DNA of 64,000 nucleotides, taken from Eledone cirrhosa. Taxonomy: Eukaryota. The notes beneath the pieces are model-generated. The model saw nothing but the letters and a program-made list of their open reading frames with translations. It made no database searches and had not been told where the DNA came from. The translations under genes and the position numbers were made by a program. The stretch spans positions 309,752,001 through 309,816,000 of the forward strand of contig OZ024743.1 in NCBI GenBank assembly GCA_964016885.1, written 5' to 3'. Within the stretch, counting starts at the first letter, position 1; each line of letters opens with the position of its first letter. Below, piece by piece: positions 52,101 through 64,000 of the stretch.

Positions 52101-52750
52101 ATGTCAACCGAATCTTGTCCTAGCCCGTCAGCATTCATCTCCTCAGTGGCCGTATCTCTGTTCCAGGTATTATTTATCTCAGTATTCAGATCATTGTCTG
52201 CTTCGGGTGGTTCCTCCGTTCTCAGGACCTCTTCACCTTCATTTCCCACTGGCTCGCTTGTCTGGCATACTACACCCGCCATCTCCAAGCCATTCTCTCT
52301 GCTCAGTTCCTCCAGTTCCAGCTCGCTTATCCACCCATTAGTTCTTATTACTCGAGCCTGCCCGGCCAATTTTTGTTCATCTAATTTAAATAAACCAATC
52401 TCGTTCCAGATGTTATGCATCCGTCTCCTGTAGCCCCTCTCCTTGGGGTAACTTTTCAGGTAGCATTGCATAACAGTTCTATTCAATTCTTTCGTCCAGT
52501 TGGTTCTGGCCCCTTTCCTTCTTCTTCTTCCTCCAACATCAGCAGTATTTGGTTGACAGTCAGGTTCCTGCTGCTGAGCCAGGGGGCACCTGTTGGGTGA
52601 GAGTCTGTCACATGACGTTCTAGTCTCCATTTCACCGTTATTCGAACTGTTTATGTTCGATATTTAAACACTCTTATCGAGGATTGGCGAATGTATAGTT
52701 ACATAGCCATCTGTAGATCCGCCATCCCACTTGGCCCTTGTGTGGCATTA
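49131..52750 (-). mobile_element. R4/Dong family A full-length copy 2; ORF 52630-49238 interrupted by one TGA
   Basis: ORFs 51080-52630 and 49238-51046 are in the same frame; GGA>TGA after PDEQK. Confidence 0.96.
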
Positions 52751-53690
52751 TCACCACGCTGTATACGAACACACATAAACAAACAAACACACAGGCAGAA
52801 AGGGCCCCAAAAATGAATAAGCATAAGTTTCATTGTAAAGTAGTGTTCGAATGTCTGACTTAGTTTTTGTTTTTTAAGTTTTAGTTTTTCCCCCCTCTTC
52901 TCTGTCCGTCCGCCTGCTTCTCTCTTCATTCTTATTTTCTTTACGTTTTTTTTTTTTTTTGTTTTTTTTTTGTTTTTTTGTTTTTGTTTTTCTCTGTTTG
53001 TTTTTCTCGTTTTTTGCTGTTGTTGCTGTGCTGCTTTGGTTTTGTTGTTTGTATTTTCTTTTTCTTTTGAGTCTATCTATATATTTTGATGCCTTCCTCT
53101 TTTTTAGCAGTAGGGATTCTATAATGTGGTGGCAGCAGCCAGCTAAAAGAAATGGGAGACTGGCGGCGGTAGCGATACTGAGACAGTGGTGGTGGTGATG
53201 TCGATACTGAGGCAGTGGTGGCGGTGATGTGACCGTATTACTGTAGTGATGGTGCTGTAGCGGTGGTAGCAGTGAAGGAGTGAAGGGGTGGTGGCGGCGG
53301 TGATGGGATAATGGGTGTAATGATGGCCGTAGTGAGCGGTGGTGGTTTAGTGTACACAGGTGACGGGGTGGGTGGTGTATCTAGTTTCTGGTGTTGGTGA
53401 GTTTGGCTGTTCTATATAGTGTAGACAGAGGAGGAGAGGGGGGGGGTTCTTCTTCCATTTATAGCCATTTTCTTTTTTGGATATACAGTGTACAATACAA
53501 AGTTGAATATTTGAATATTTGAGCCTTATAACAAGATATTTTGGGTCCGAATTTGTTGGGGCTCAAGCCGGGTGCTTTACGTAGCATTTGTACTAAGAGT
53601 TGTTATTGCACAAATGATTTAAATATGTTAAAAATTCAAAACTTACGGGAGCGATTTCATGACCTCCATCACCTCGTGCGTCTTCTTCCC
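52751..53690. repeat. Array spacer 2
   Basis: Nearly identical to spacer 1. Confidence 0.9.
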
Positions 53691-56600
53691 TATTATTATT
53701 ATTATTATTATTGTTGTTGTTATTCCTTGAATCTCAGTCATTGATGTTGGTTAACTGGAAAGTCCGTTGGATTGAATATCAAGCCACTACCTGCAGCCTC
53801 AGATATTCAGGACGTATCGGAGGGTTCTTGCTGTTCCAAGCAAGCATGCCTTTTGAAGCGTTCCAAAAAGCGTGAAGGGGCCGATTTTCTTTAACCATCC
53901 CTGGAAACATTTGGAGATAGTCCCCAGTGCGCCTATGACAATCGGGATCACTTTGACTTCATGGCAGTTCCAAATCCTTTTCACCTCCCACTTTAGGTCC
54001 TGGTATCGGTTAATTTTCTCCCTCTCCTTCTCTTGCACTCTCGTGTCGAACGGGCAGGCCACATCCACAATCAGGCACGATCTTTTTTCTTTGTCCACAA
54101 CCACCAGGTCAGGTCTATTGTGTTCCAGTTTTTTGTCTGTCTGTATCCTAAAATCCCACAGCACCTTCACCTGATTGTTCTCCATCACCGCCTCTGGCCT
54201 ATGCTCATACCATTTCTCAGAATGTGGTAAATTGTTTACTTTGCACAGGTGCCAGTGGATCACCCTGCCCATCACATCGTGTCTCCAGCCCTTATAGTGT
54301 GTCTGGGCTAGGTGTTTACACTCGGACACAATGTGAGCCACAGTCTCCTCTCTCTCTCCACAGATCCTGCACAGTGGGCTAGCCTCCTCCTTGTAGATAT
54401 GGTGCTTCAACCACTTCGTTTTGAGGGCCTGCTCCTGCGCAGCCATTAGCATTCCTTCTGTAGCCTTTTTGAGGTCTCCTCTTCTCAACCAGTTCCATGT
54501 CTGTGGATCTCTAAATTCAGTTTTCTCAAAGAAGGTACTATGAAGGGATTTTCCCTTAAGGCTGCTCTTCCTCCTTGATGTTATTTCCTCCTTGGACATC
54601 CCCTGGCCTACTGTCCCCTCCTTCAGTACAGTTCTGAGCATTGGCTCCTTACTATAGGTCACGTATTTGTATAGGTTGTTTTTCTCCATCTGAACACAGT
54701 CCTCTATGCTGATAAGACCTCTTCCACCCTCAGATCTCCTTAGGTAGAGTCTATCGACATCACTCCTCTTGTGGAACATGTTGTAGATAGTCAATAGCTT
54801 CCTGGTCTTCCTATCCATTTCTTTTTGTTAAGCAACATTCCAGCTCAGAATTCCCGCACTGTACCTAATAATAGACACAGCTCGGGAATTTACTGCGCTT
54901 ATGGCATTTCTGCTGTTCAGATGTGACTTCAATACGCTACTTACTCTCCGAATGTATTCAGTTCTTAACAATTCCTTCATTTTTTTGTTCTTTATGCCAT
55001 CAGCCTCCAGAACGCCCAAATACTTGTATCCTTCCTCAGAGTCAATTTCCTTTATCATCTCACCTGTTGGTATCTGGATCCCGTTACTTCTGCTCAACCT
55101 ACCCCTCTTCATCACAATGACTCCACATTTACCAATACCAAACTGCATACATATATCACTGCTGAAAATACGGACAGTGTCAACAAGCACATCCAACTCC
55201 TTCTCACTTTTCCCGAAGAGCTTAAGATCGTCCATGAAGAGGAGGTGATTGATGGTAAGCTCTCCCCTTCCCAACTTGTATCCTGCTCTCACTTTTCGCA
55301 GCATAATGGTCAAGGGCATCAGGGCAAGGACAAACAACAGAGGGGACAGGCTATCTCCCTGGAAGATACCTCTCTTGATCTTCACGCTTCCCAAGGATAC
55401 CCCAGTTGATGTCAACTCTGTCTCCCAGGACCCCATACTCCTGCCTAGCAACTGTCTGATGTTATCTGCCACCCTGAAGATCTCCAGGCTTTTGGTGATC
55501 CAGGAATGAGGCACCATGTCAAATGCCTTTCTGTAGTCTATCCATCCCATGGCAAGATCAGTGTGTCTCCTCATGCAATTCCCCATTACCATCTTATCAA
55601 TAAGCAACTGGTCCTTTGTACCACGTGACTTCTTTCGGCATCATTTCTGTTCGTCCGGTAACAAGTTGTTTGTGTGGAGGTGATGGTAGATTTCCTCAGA
55701 CACAATGCTCGTCAACAGTTTCCACATTACGGACAGACATGTGATAGGTCTATAGTTGGTAACATCATTACCCTTGATTCGGTCTTTCATTATCAGAACT
55801 GTGGTACCTTTTGTCAACCACTCTGGCACCTCACCCGACACCAAGCAGTCATTGAACATGGCCGTCAGCTTCGGGTGGAGGGATGTTAAATGTTTAATCC
55901 AATACCCCTGCACACCATCTGGGCCTGGTGATTTCCAGTTGGTTAGTTTTTTGGCCTGACCCTTAAGAGTTTCAACTGTGATACTCAAATCAGTCTGTTG
56001 TTGTGCCTGCTCACCGATCTCCCTCTGTACTGTCTCAATCCACCCTGCCTGGGCATTGTGTCTCACATCCTGCTCCCATATTCCTCTCCAGAATGTTTTA
56101 GTTTGTTCCGCCCCAGGGATCAAGTCGTTGCCTCTTTCTTTCCCCTGAAGCTGTCCAAACAGTATCTTCTGGTTGTTGTCGAACATGCGGTTCTGTTTAT
56201 ACTGACTGACTCTGTTCTCGTATCGCCTGATTTTTGCACTCTTTGCTACAATGCGTTGCTTCAATTCCTCTATGATAATATTTAGCTTTTTACTCCTAGT
56301 TTTGTATTTTATTTCCAGTCTATTTTTAGTGCCTATGTTTTTTAGTGTCCCATTCAGTAGTGACTCAAGCTTTCCTATGTCATTTCTCATTTCCCCGATT
56401 TGCCCACTCAGTCGTTTCTTCCACCACGGCTCTGCTCTTTCTTGTCTGTTGTTTCCTCTCGCTTTTATACCAAGTAGTTTCCTCACCGTATTTGCTGTTG
56501 CTTTGAGGATATTGTTGCACTGGTGAAGGCTCCTCGCCTCAAGGTATGGGATGACTTTGTTTACCTTAGCTGTTGTTTCTTTTAACTTTTTCCTGTCTAC

Positions 56601-57311
56601 AAATCTTAGGTTCATAGGTCTCCCACTATCATTGTTCAATTCATCTACCACTAAATTTAGGATGTCAACCGAATCTTGTCCTAGCCCGTCAGCATTCATC
56701 TCCTCAGTGGCCGTATCTCTGTTCCAGGTATTATTTATCTCAGTATTCAGATCATTGTCTGCTTCGGGTGGTTCCTCCGTTCTCAGGACCTCTTCACCTT
56801 CATTTCCCACTGGCTCGCTTGTCTGGCATACTACACCCGCCATCTCCAAGCCATTCTCTCTGCTCAGTTCCTCCAGTTCCAGCTCGCTTATCCACCCATT
56901 AGTTCTTATTACTCGAGCCTGCCCGGCCAATTTTTGTTCATCTAATTTAAATAAACCAATCTCGTTCCAGATGTTATGCATCCGTCTCCTGTAGCCCCTC
57001 TCCTTGGGGTAACTTTTCAGGTAGCATTGCATAACAGTTCTATTCAATTCTTTCGTCCAGTTGGTTCTGGCCCCTTTCCTTCTTCTTCTTCCTCCAACAT
57101 CAGCAGTATTTGGTTGACAGTCAGGTTCCTGCTGCTGAGCCAGGGGGCACCTGTTGGGTGAGAGTCTGTCACATGACGTTCTAGTCTCCATTTCACCGTT
57201 ATTCGAACTGTTTATGTTCGATATTTAAACACTCTTATCGAGGATTGGCGAATGTATAGTTACATAGCCATCTGTAGATCCGCCATCCCACTTGGCCCTT
57301 GTGTGGCATTA
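53691..57311 (-). mobile_element. R4/Dong family A full-length copy 3 (two premature stops)
   Basis: ORFs 55641-57191, 54828-55607, 53799-54818; same TGA as copy 2 plus a TAA after WNVA. Confidence 0.95.
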
Positions 57312-58263
57312 TCACCACGCTGTATACGAACACACATAAACAAACAAACACACAGGCAGAAAGGGCCCCAAAAATGAATAAGCATAAGTTTCATTGTAAT
57401 GTAGTGTTCGAATGTCTGACTTAGTTTTTGTTTTTTAAGTTTTACTTTTTCCCCCCCCTTCTCTGTCCGTCCGCCTGCTTCTCTCTTCATTCTTATTTTC
57501 TTTACGTTTTGGGGGTTTCTTTTTTTGTTTTTGTTTTTCTCTGTTTGTTTTTCTCGTTTTTGCTGTTGTTGCTGTGCTGCTTTGGTTTTGTTGTTTGTTT
57601 TTTCTTTTTTCTTTTGAGTCTATCTGTATATTTTGGTGCCTTCCTCTTTGTTAGTAGTAGAAATTCTATAATGTGGAAGTAGCAGCCAGCAGGGAGAAGT
57701 GGGAGACTGGCGGCGGTAGCGATACTGAGACAGTGGTGGTGGTGATGTCGATACCGAGGCAGTGGTGGCGGTGATGTGACCGTATTACTGTAGTGATGGT
57801 GCTGTAGCGGTGGCAGCAGTGAAGGAGTCAAGGGGTGGTGGCGGCGGTGATGGGATAGTGGTGGTAATGATGGCCGTAGTGAGCGGTGGCGGTGAAGGTG
57901 AAAATGCCGTTATCTGGCTGTTGTGTTTAGTGTACACAGATGATGGGGTGGGTGGTGTATCTAGTTTCTGGTGTTGGTGAGTTTGGCTGTCCTATAAAGT
58001 GTAGACAGAGGAGAGGAGGAGATGGGGGGGGTTCTTCTTCCATTTATAGCCATTTTCTTTTTTGGATATACAGTGTACAATACAAAGTTGAATATTTGAA
58101 TATTTGAGCCTTATAACAATATATTTTGGGTCCGAATTTTTTGGGGCTCAAGCCGGGTGCTTTACGTAGCATATGTACTAAGAGTTGTTATTTCACAAAT
58201 GATTTAAATATGTTAAAAATTCAAAACTTACGGGAGCGATTTCATGACCTCCGTCACCTCGTG
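57312..58263. repeat. Array spacer 3 (more diverged), truncated by a SINE
   Basis: Colinear with spacers 1 and 2 up to cacctcgtg. Confidence 0.88.
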
Positions 58264-58443
58264 GTGGATTGGCAGTATCGGTGGAGGGTTGGACGCCATG
58301 CTTTCTAGCATAGTTACGTCCCTTTACGATCTGAGTTCAAATCCCGCCGAGGTTGACTTTGCCTTTCACCCTTACGGGGTCGATAAAATAAAGTACCAGT
58401 AATGCACTGGGTAATTGCTGGCCTTGTGCCTAAAGTAGAAACA

Positions 58444-58495
<52 letters not shown>
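58262..58495 (+). mobile_element. tRNA-derived SINE (family 1) with long (ATT)n tail
   Basis: A/B-box-like motifs and family 3' end. Confidence 0.9.
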
Positions 58496-58511
<16 letters not shown>

Positions 58512-58654
58512 TATATTGTTATATTTGGGGAGGCTCATATTGTTATAATTTGGCCAGAAATAATAAAACACACTGACTGTTTGGTTTGGATTGGTTTCGT
58601 TTCTGCATTTTTTATATCTCCATAGTTAATTTATCTGGCAATCAATGTTTATAA

Positions 58655-59338
58655 TTGCCTGAGCGTTTATGAAGACCACACACTCAGTTGCCTTTGCCGG
58701 GAATTATAAAAGTTGGATTCTTATAGAATTCCAGTAATAATCAGGAACTGATTAAATAATGCGTTTGCCGGTCCAGCAAAACTTAGGTATTAGTATTGGT
58801 GCTCTAAAATAGCGATGTATACATGAACGTATGTATAGTATATTTGGCAATATACTATATGTTTAATAAAAACATTAGAATATCATTCCCTATGAGTTTA
58901 AAGTAGTGACTATGTCACATATTCTCGGCAAAACAACAGAGAGCGGCCGACAGACAGTCTGTTACTCGCTTGTGAACGTTTATCAAGACCACACATTCAG
59001 TTGCCTTTGCCGAGAATTATAGAAGCTGAATTCTTATAGAATTCCAGTAATAATCAGGAACTGATTATACAGCGATTGCTGGTCCAGCAAAAGTTTGTTA
59101 TTAGTGTTGGTACCCTAAAATAGCGATGTATACATGAATGTATGTATTGTATATTTGGCAATATACTGTATGTTTAAATAAAAAAATTTAGAAGACAATT
59201 CGGAACGTGGACTGGCGCGAAATATATAAACCAAAGTGACATGTCTTAACACCACACGATTTTCCGAGAATAAGTGACATAGTCACTACTTTAAAACTCA
59301 TAGCGAATGGTTTTAAAGTAAACATACAGTATATATAT
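58655..59338. repeat. ~220-bp direct repeat (58660/58975) interleaved with a 50-80-bp inverted repeat (58850-58932/59260-59338)
   Basis: aagaccacaca.tcagttgcctttgccg..gaattccagtaataatcaggaactgatt occurs twice; tttaaagtagtgactatgtcac versus gtgacatagtcactactttaaa. Confidence 0.75.
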
Positions 59339-59339
59339 C

Positions 59340-59600
59340 CCCTTGATCACCTTGACCGACCAGTCTGTCGGGCGTCAATCGGCGCCGTTGGTCACAGCAC
59401 GTCGTGCTGTTTTAGCCATAAGATAACGCCATCCCACTGGCTGGGTGGGCAGGCCGGTACTCATTTCTACAGCTGAGTAAACTGGAGCAACGTGAAATAA
59501 AGTGTCTTGCTGAAGGAAACAACACATCACACGGTCCGAGAACTCACAACCTTTCGATTGTAATCCCAATACTCTAACCACTAAGCCATGCGCCTTCACA
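59340..59600 (-). mobile_element. tRNA-derived SINE (family 2)
   Basis: Minus strand ggcgcatggcttagtggttagag..ggttgtgagttc..ccttcagcaagacacttt. Confidence 0.8.
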
Positions 59601-59602
59601 CA

Positions 59603-59662
<60 letters not shown>

Positions 59663-59988
59663 ATATATATATACACAGTTCAAGAGTAACCAATCTTAAA
59701 GAGAGAGATGGAGATAGTAGAGGAGATATGAGAGGAGAGATTGGTGATTTAGTTTGAAGCCAAAGCGTAAAGGCATGTGCTCAATGTGCAATATGCAGTA
59801 GAAAGCAGCTAGGTGTCTGGGTTCATGCAGAAGTTAGGTGCGCAGAGCTGGAAATATTCATTAGTTAAGCAAAACAAGACCACAAAATTCACAAGGAAGA
59901 CATTATTAAAAGATTGTCAACAATAGAATTTTTGACCCAAGTAGCAAACTAAAAATCAACCCTAGAATAAGAATGAGAAATGGGATAA

Positions 59989-60849
59989 CAAATAACAAAT
60001 CCCCAGGTAATAATAACCCTAGGAAGGCCCCCTACAAACTCCACTAGAACCCCTAGAAGGAATAGACCTAGAAATATCACCTGGCTCAACCCCCCATTCT
60101 CATCTAATCTAGCCACTAATATCCCCAAACGCTTCTTCTCTATCCTATCCAAACATTTCCCCCCAAAACTTTTTAATAAAAATAACATTAAAATCTCATT
60201 CTCCACAACACCTAACCTAACTAGCCACATCGCGTTCAGTAACCATCATAAGCTAAGACAGTATAACTCCCACACCGCGGTACCACCACCCCTATCAGAT
60301 ACACCACGCCACTACACCAATAATTACTCTAGAAGCACACCTCCTCCATCTAATCCTTCTAGCACGGACCTACCGCTTAGGTTAAACAACCCTACTCTCA
60401 CTAACCGCAGAAGCAACTGCAACTGCCGTTACCCCAATGCATGCCCATTAAATGGACACTGCCTGATACCCAACATAGTCTATAGGTGCACGGTTGAGAC
60501 TGCTTCGAATACCAGCTCTTATGTCGGGTCTACCTCTAACCCTTTTAAGGTACGCTATAACGCGCACTCTTTTTCCTTCCGAGACCCTAGCAACAGATGT
60601 TCGACATCGCTAGCTAGGTTCATTAAAAACCTTAAATTTAACAACGTTCAACACTCACTAAAATGGGATATCGTGGCTAGGGCCCAACCGTTCAATGGAC
60701 GAAGAAAATCTTGTGATCTCTGTGTTACGGAAGCATATTACATAACTCTATCACGACCTCTACCGATTAACGATAGAACGGAGGTAACCATTAGCTGCCA
60801 TCATCGAAGGACTAATTCCTTCGCCAATAGAATTTTTGACCCAACTTAG
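59989..60849 (+). CDS. Stop-free frame encoding PLE linker plus GIY-YIG endonuclease (no ATG; absent from the ORF track)
   Basis: Manual translation: ITWLNPPFS..IKISFSTTPNL..CNCRYPNACPLNGHCL..IVYRC..YVGSTS..FKVRYNAHSFSF..CDLCVTEAYYI..INDRTE..CHH. Confidence 0.8.
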   Translation, partial: QITNPQVIITLGRPPTNSTRTPRRNRPRNITWLNPPFSSNLATNIPKRFFSILSKHFPPKLFNKNNIKISFSTTPNLTSHIAFSNHHKLRQYNSHTAVPPPLSDTPRHYTNNYSRSTPPPSNPSSTDLPLRLNNPTLTNRRSNCNCRYPNACPLNGHCLIPNIVYRCTVETASNTSSYVGSTSNPFKVRYNAHSFSFRDPSNRCSTSLARFIKNLKFNNVQHSLKWDIVARAQPFNGRRKSCDLCVTEAYYITLSRPLPINDRTEVTISCHHRRTNSFANRIFDPT

Positions 60850-61224
60850 TCATGTAGCCCCATTTTTACTTGTAGCTAATAAGTTAAATTGTTATGAACA
60901 ACTCGATAATTATAAGTTACATCCCCTACATTGTCTCTCAATTAAAAAATGTAAAAATTAGCACTTAACTATAAACACTCACAATTTCTAATCTCTCGAG
61001 AAGTTACTTCCCCTGAAACCACCCTCTAATTAGTAAGGTAAATATGCCCTTTGGCAGCCAACTTGTTACCCAGAGGAAAATCTCACACAATGCAGCCTCG
61101 ACAGATGAATACTGCTTGATTATGGCTGACAACTGATGCAACCAAGACACCATAGTAAAAACCAATATATGGAACATTATATTAAGTAACATTATCCCAT
61201 TATTTTAATTTATATTCCTTTGAA

Positions 61225-61344
61225 GTTCCGATGAGCCACTCTGTTTTTTAAATATGTTAATTATTTTCAACTGAACAAGATCAATTATGATATATAGTCA
61301 TCTGATCCAGAAATATTATATGGAGTAGCGAAACAATTGTAAAC
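61225..61344 (+). ncRNA. Hammerhead motif with long stem II insert (U4>C substitution)
   Basis: gtt-CCGATGA-gccactc..gagtagc-GAAA-caattg-TA-aac. Confidence 0.55.
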
Positions 61345-61472
61345 GGACAATATTATTATTAATATTATTATTAATATTCTATACATTCCTTACATCAAAC
61401 TAAAATATGCTTACAATCTTTTAATAATGTCTTCCTTCTGAAGTTTGTGGTCTTGTTTTGCTTACCTAATGA

Positions 61473-61551
<79 letters not shown>

Positions 61552-61582
61552 ATATATATATATATATACAACATATATATAT

Positions 61583-61621
<39 letters not shown>

Positions 61622-62214
61622 CGTTATTTCGGGTTGAATCGGAGGTAACCACAGTAAGTAAGGTACTCAATACATTGCAGAGTATAAAAGTTTTAATATA
61701 GATGAGATTCTACAGGACTAGAACTGTTTCATTCTTTAGAAATCATGAGGAATCTGGGTATCAACAAATAAATATGGTATTTATAGGTCTCTACAAGTGG
61801 TAGGAGAGGGTGGGGGTGGGATGGGTGTAGGTCATTGGTTGATAGTAAAGGGAATTCATTAAAAGCTGATTCTACAAAGCTATAGTTTATTTTTATTAAT
61901 TTTTGTTTTTAGAGTAACAAAGGCAGACAGAATTCTATAAACAGGTTCCGTATGGCATACCATTTCTTGTCATTAAGTTTCTCTTAAGCTAACAGATGTC
62001 TATAAGATCAGTTGGGGGTCAGTCATGGTAGATAGAATTAAAGGAAAGGGAGATTCTTTAAAAGCTAAATTCATTAAGGTTCTACTAAGTGACAAAGGTT
62101 TAGAGAATTCTGTAGACAGATTCAAAATACTGAGTGCATATCTTACAATTATCTTCGAACTTCTCTTAAACTAATCAACTATATGCCAAAAATCAACAGA
62201 CACATTCACAAAAA

Positions 62215-62330
62215 AACACACTCACTCACACACTCGCGCGCAACAATAAACACACATACACATACACATATACACACATAAAATCACACACACACATATA
62301 TAAATATATTTATATACATATATATACACA

Positions 62331-62368
<38 letters not shown>

Positions 62369-62488
62369 CACACATACATATATATACACACACACATATA
62401 TATACACATATATATACACTCACACACATACATACATACACACAAATATACATGTGCATACATATACATATATATAAACACAGATATA

Positions 62489-62571
<83 letters not shown>

Positions 62572-62601
62572 AAAATATAATACATATATATACACACACA
62601 C

Positions 62602-62636
<35 letters not shown>

Positions 62637-62645
62637 TACACACAA

Positions 62646-62678
<33 letters not shown>

Positions 62679-62968
62679 CACATAAACAAATATATACATA
62701 TACAAACACACACACACACACATACATACATATATATATACACACACACACACACACACCTATACACATATATAAGTAAAAAGCACCATACATACATATA
62801 TACATATATATATATATACATATATAGAGAGATACACCATTCATACATATATTCATATATATATACACAAATATATACATATACACACACACAGACACAT
62901 ACATACACACATACACACATGCATACATACATACATACATACATATACAAATATATATACATACATAC

Positions 62969-63027
<59 letters not shown>

Positions 63028-63080
63028 CACACACATATACATACATACATATACACACACATATATACATACACACACAT
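62215..63080. repeat. Compound (TA)n/(CA)n/(TACA)n microsatellite
   Basis: Direct observation. Confidence 0.97.
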
Positions 63081-63491
63081 ATGGTGGCTGCCAACTCGTT
63101 TTCGAGTACGGCCACTACTTTATATCCATGTAGGAGAACCCCTACCGATGCGCTAAACAGGTGTGACTGTTAGTCCAGCCAGCGACTTGAAAACTCTGGT
63201 ACAAACACTACACCTGTGACAATTATTGACACATAGTGTTGGGCCCTTGGAACCATGTGACGACAAGTGTAGAGAGATCTCCAGATACAAAGCAATGCCT
63301 GTGCAGTGAAGCTTTTATAGTGAGCAAAGGCACTGCACAAAGCCAGTCCCACTCTCTTAACCCAAGATGATATTTACCAAAAAGAAGAATAAGTCAACAT
63401 CATTGGATACCATCAGGGTTGCAGGTGTTATATCAGAGTTTCCCTTCTCCTAGAATTCTGCCTTGAAAAAGGCTAAGGGATCATCTCTCCC
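63081..63491 (-). mobile_element. RTE-derived non-autonomous element, second copy (5'-shortened)
   Basis: Reverse complement of about 9697-10100. Confidence 0.8.
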
Positions 63492-64000
63492 ATACACACA
63501 TATACACATATATATACACACACACACACACACTGATCTTATAGACATCTGTTAGCTTAAGAGAAACTTAATGACAAGGAATGGTATGCCATCCGGAACC
63601 TTTTTATAGAATTCTGTCTGCCTTTGTTACTCTAAAAACAAAAATTAATAAAAATAAACTATAGCTTTGTAGAATTAGCTTTTGATGAATTCCCGTTACT
63701 ATCAACCAATGACCTACACCCATCCCACCCCCACCCTCTCCTACCACTTGTAGAGACCTATAAATACCATATTTATTTTTTGATGCCCAGATTCCTCATG
63801 ATTTCTAAAGAATGAAACAGTTCTAGTCCTGCAGAATCTCATCTATATTAAAACTTTTATACTCTGCAATGTATTGAGTACCTTACTTACTGTGGTTACC
63901 TCCGATTCAACCCGGAATAACGTACTTTTTAGCACTCTCTGTGCCCCTTATAACCATCATCAAGAAACCATGCTGACCAAACTCGACCTTGATATTTCCT

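Larger units (their letters stand above)
59850..61477 (+). mobile_element. PLE derivative with inverted terminal segment (59850-59918 versus 61412-61477)
   Basis: Inverted match taagcaaaacaagaccacaaa..ggaagacattattaaaagattgt; GIY-YIG frame and hammerhead inside. Confidence 0.75.
61621..63923. repeat. ~390-bp inverted repeat (61621-62011 versus 63533-63923) of a PLE pseudo-LTR, each arm with a hammerhead motif (61705-61755 minus; 63789-63839 plus)
   Basis: Arms nearly identical; agattc-CTCATGA-N12-GAAA-cag..ctg-YA-gaatct; related to 6058-6190. Confidence 0.85.

Noticed and set aside
44744-57161. Recurrent antisense ORFs of 60-170 aa inside R4 copies
   Set aside because: Shadow frames of the RT ORF, repeated only because the element is repeated
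62222-63173. Long ORFs of Y/I/V/C/H/T repeats (also at 12414-12705, 23701-24037, 61395-61701)
   Set aside because: Translations of dinucleotide microsatellites

Overview
Animal genomic DNA consisting almost entirely of transposable elements and microsatellites; no host gene exon could be supported. The tRNA-derived SINEs resemble octopus SINEs as I recall them, so a coleoid cephalopod origin is likely but is an inference. The 26.5-57.3 kb segment is a dense cluster of R4/Dong-type (restriction-like endonuclease) non-LTR retrotransposons stacked in (TAA)n microsatellites. It ends in a ~4.56 kb tandem array of three full-length copies separated by a ~0.95 kb spacer. A third R4-type family sits in (TACA)n. 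Also present: an RTE/RTE-X LINE, the 5' part of a CR1/L2-like LINE, an RTE-derived non-autonomous element, a hAT MITE with an 8-bp TSD, and four Penelope-like elements (PLEs). About ten hammerhead-ribozyme motifs accompany the PLEs, including U3-A8 core variants, and there are three palindromes built from hammerhead 3' halves. Coordinates of degenerate elements are approximate, and all family assignments come from motif recognition without database searches.
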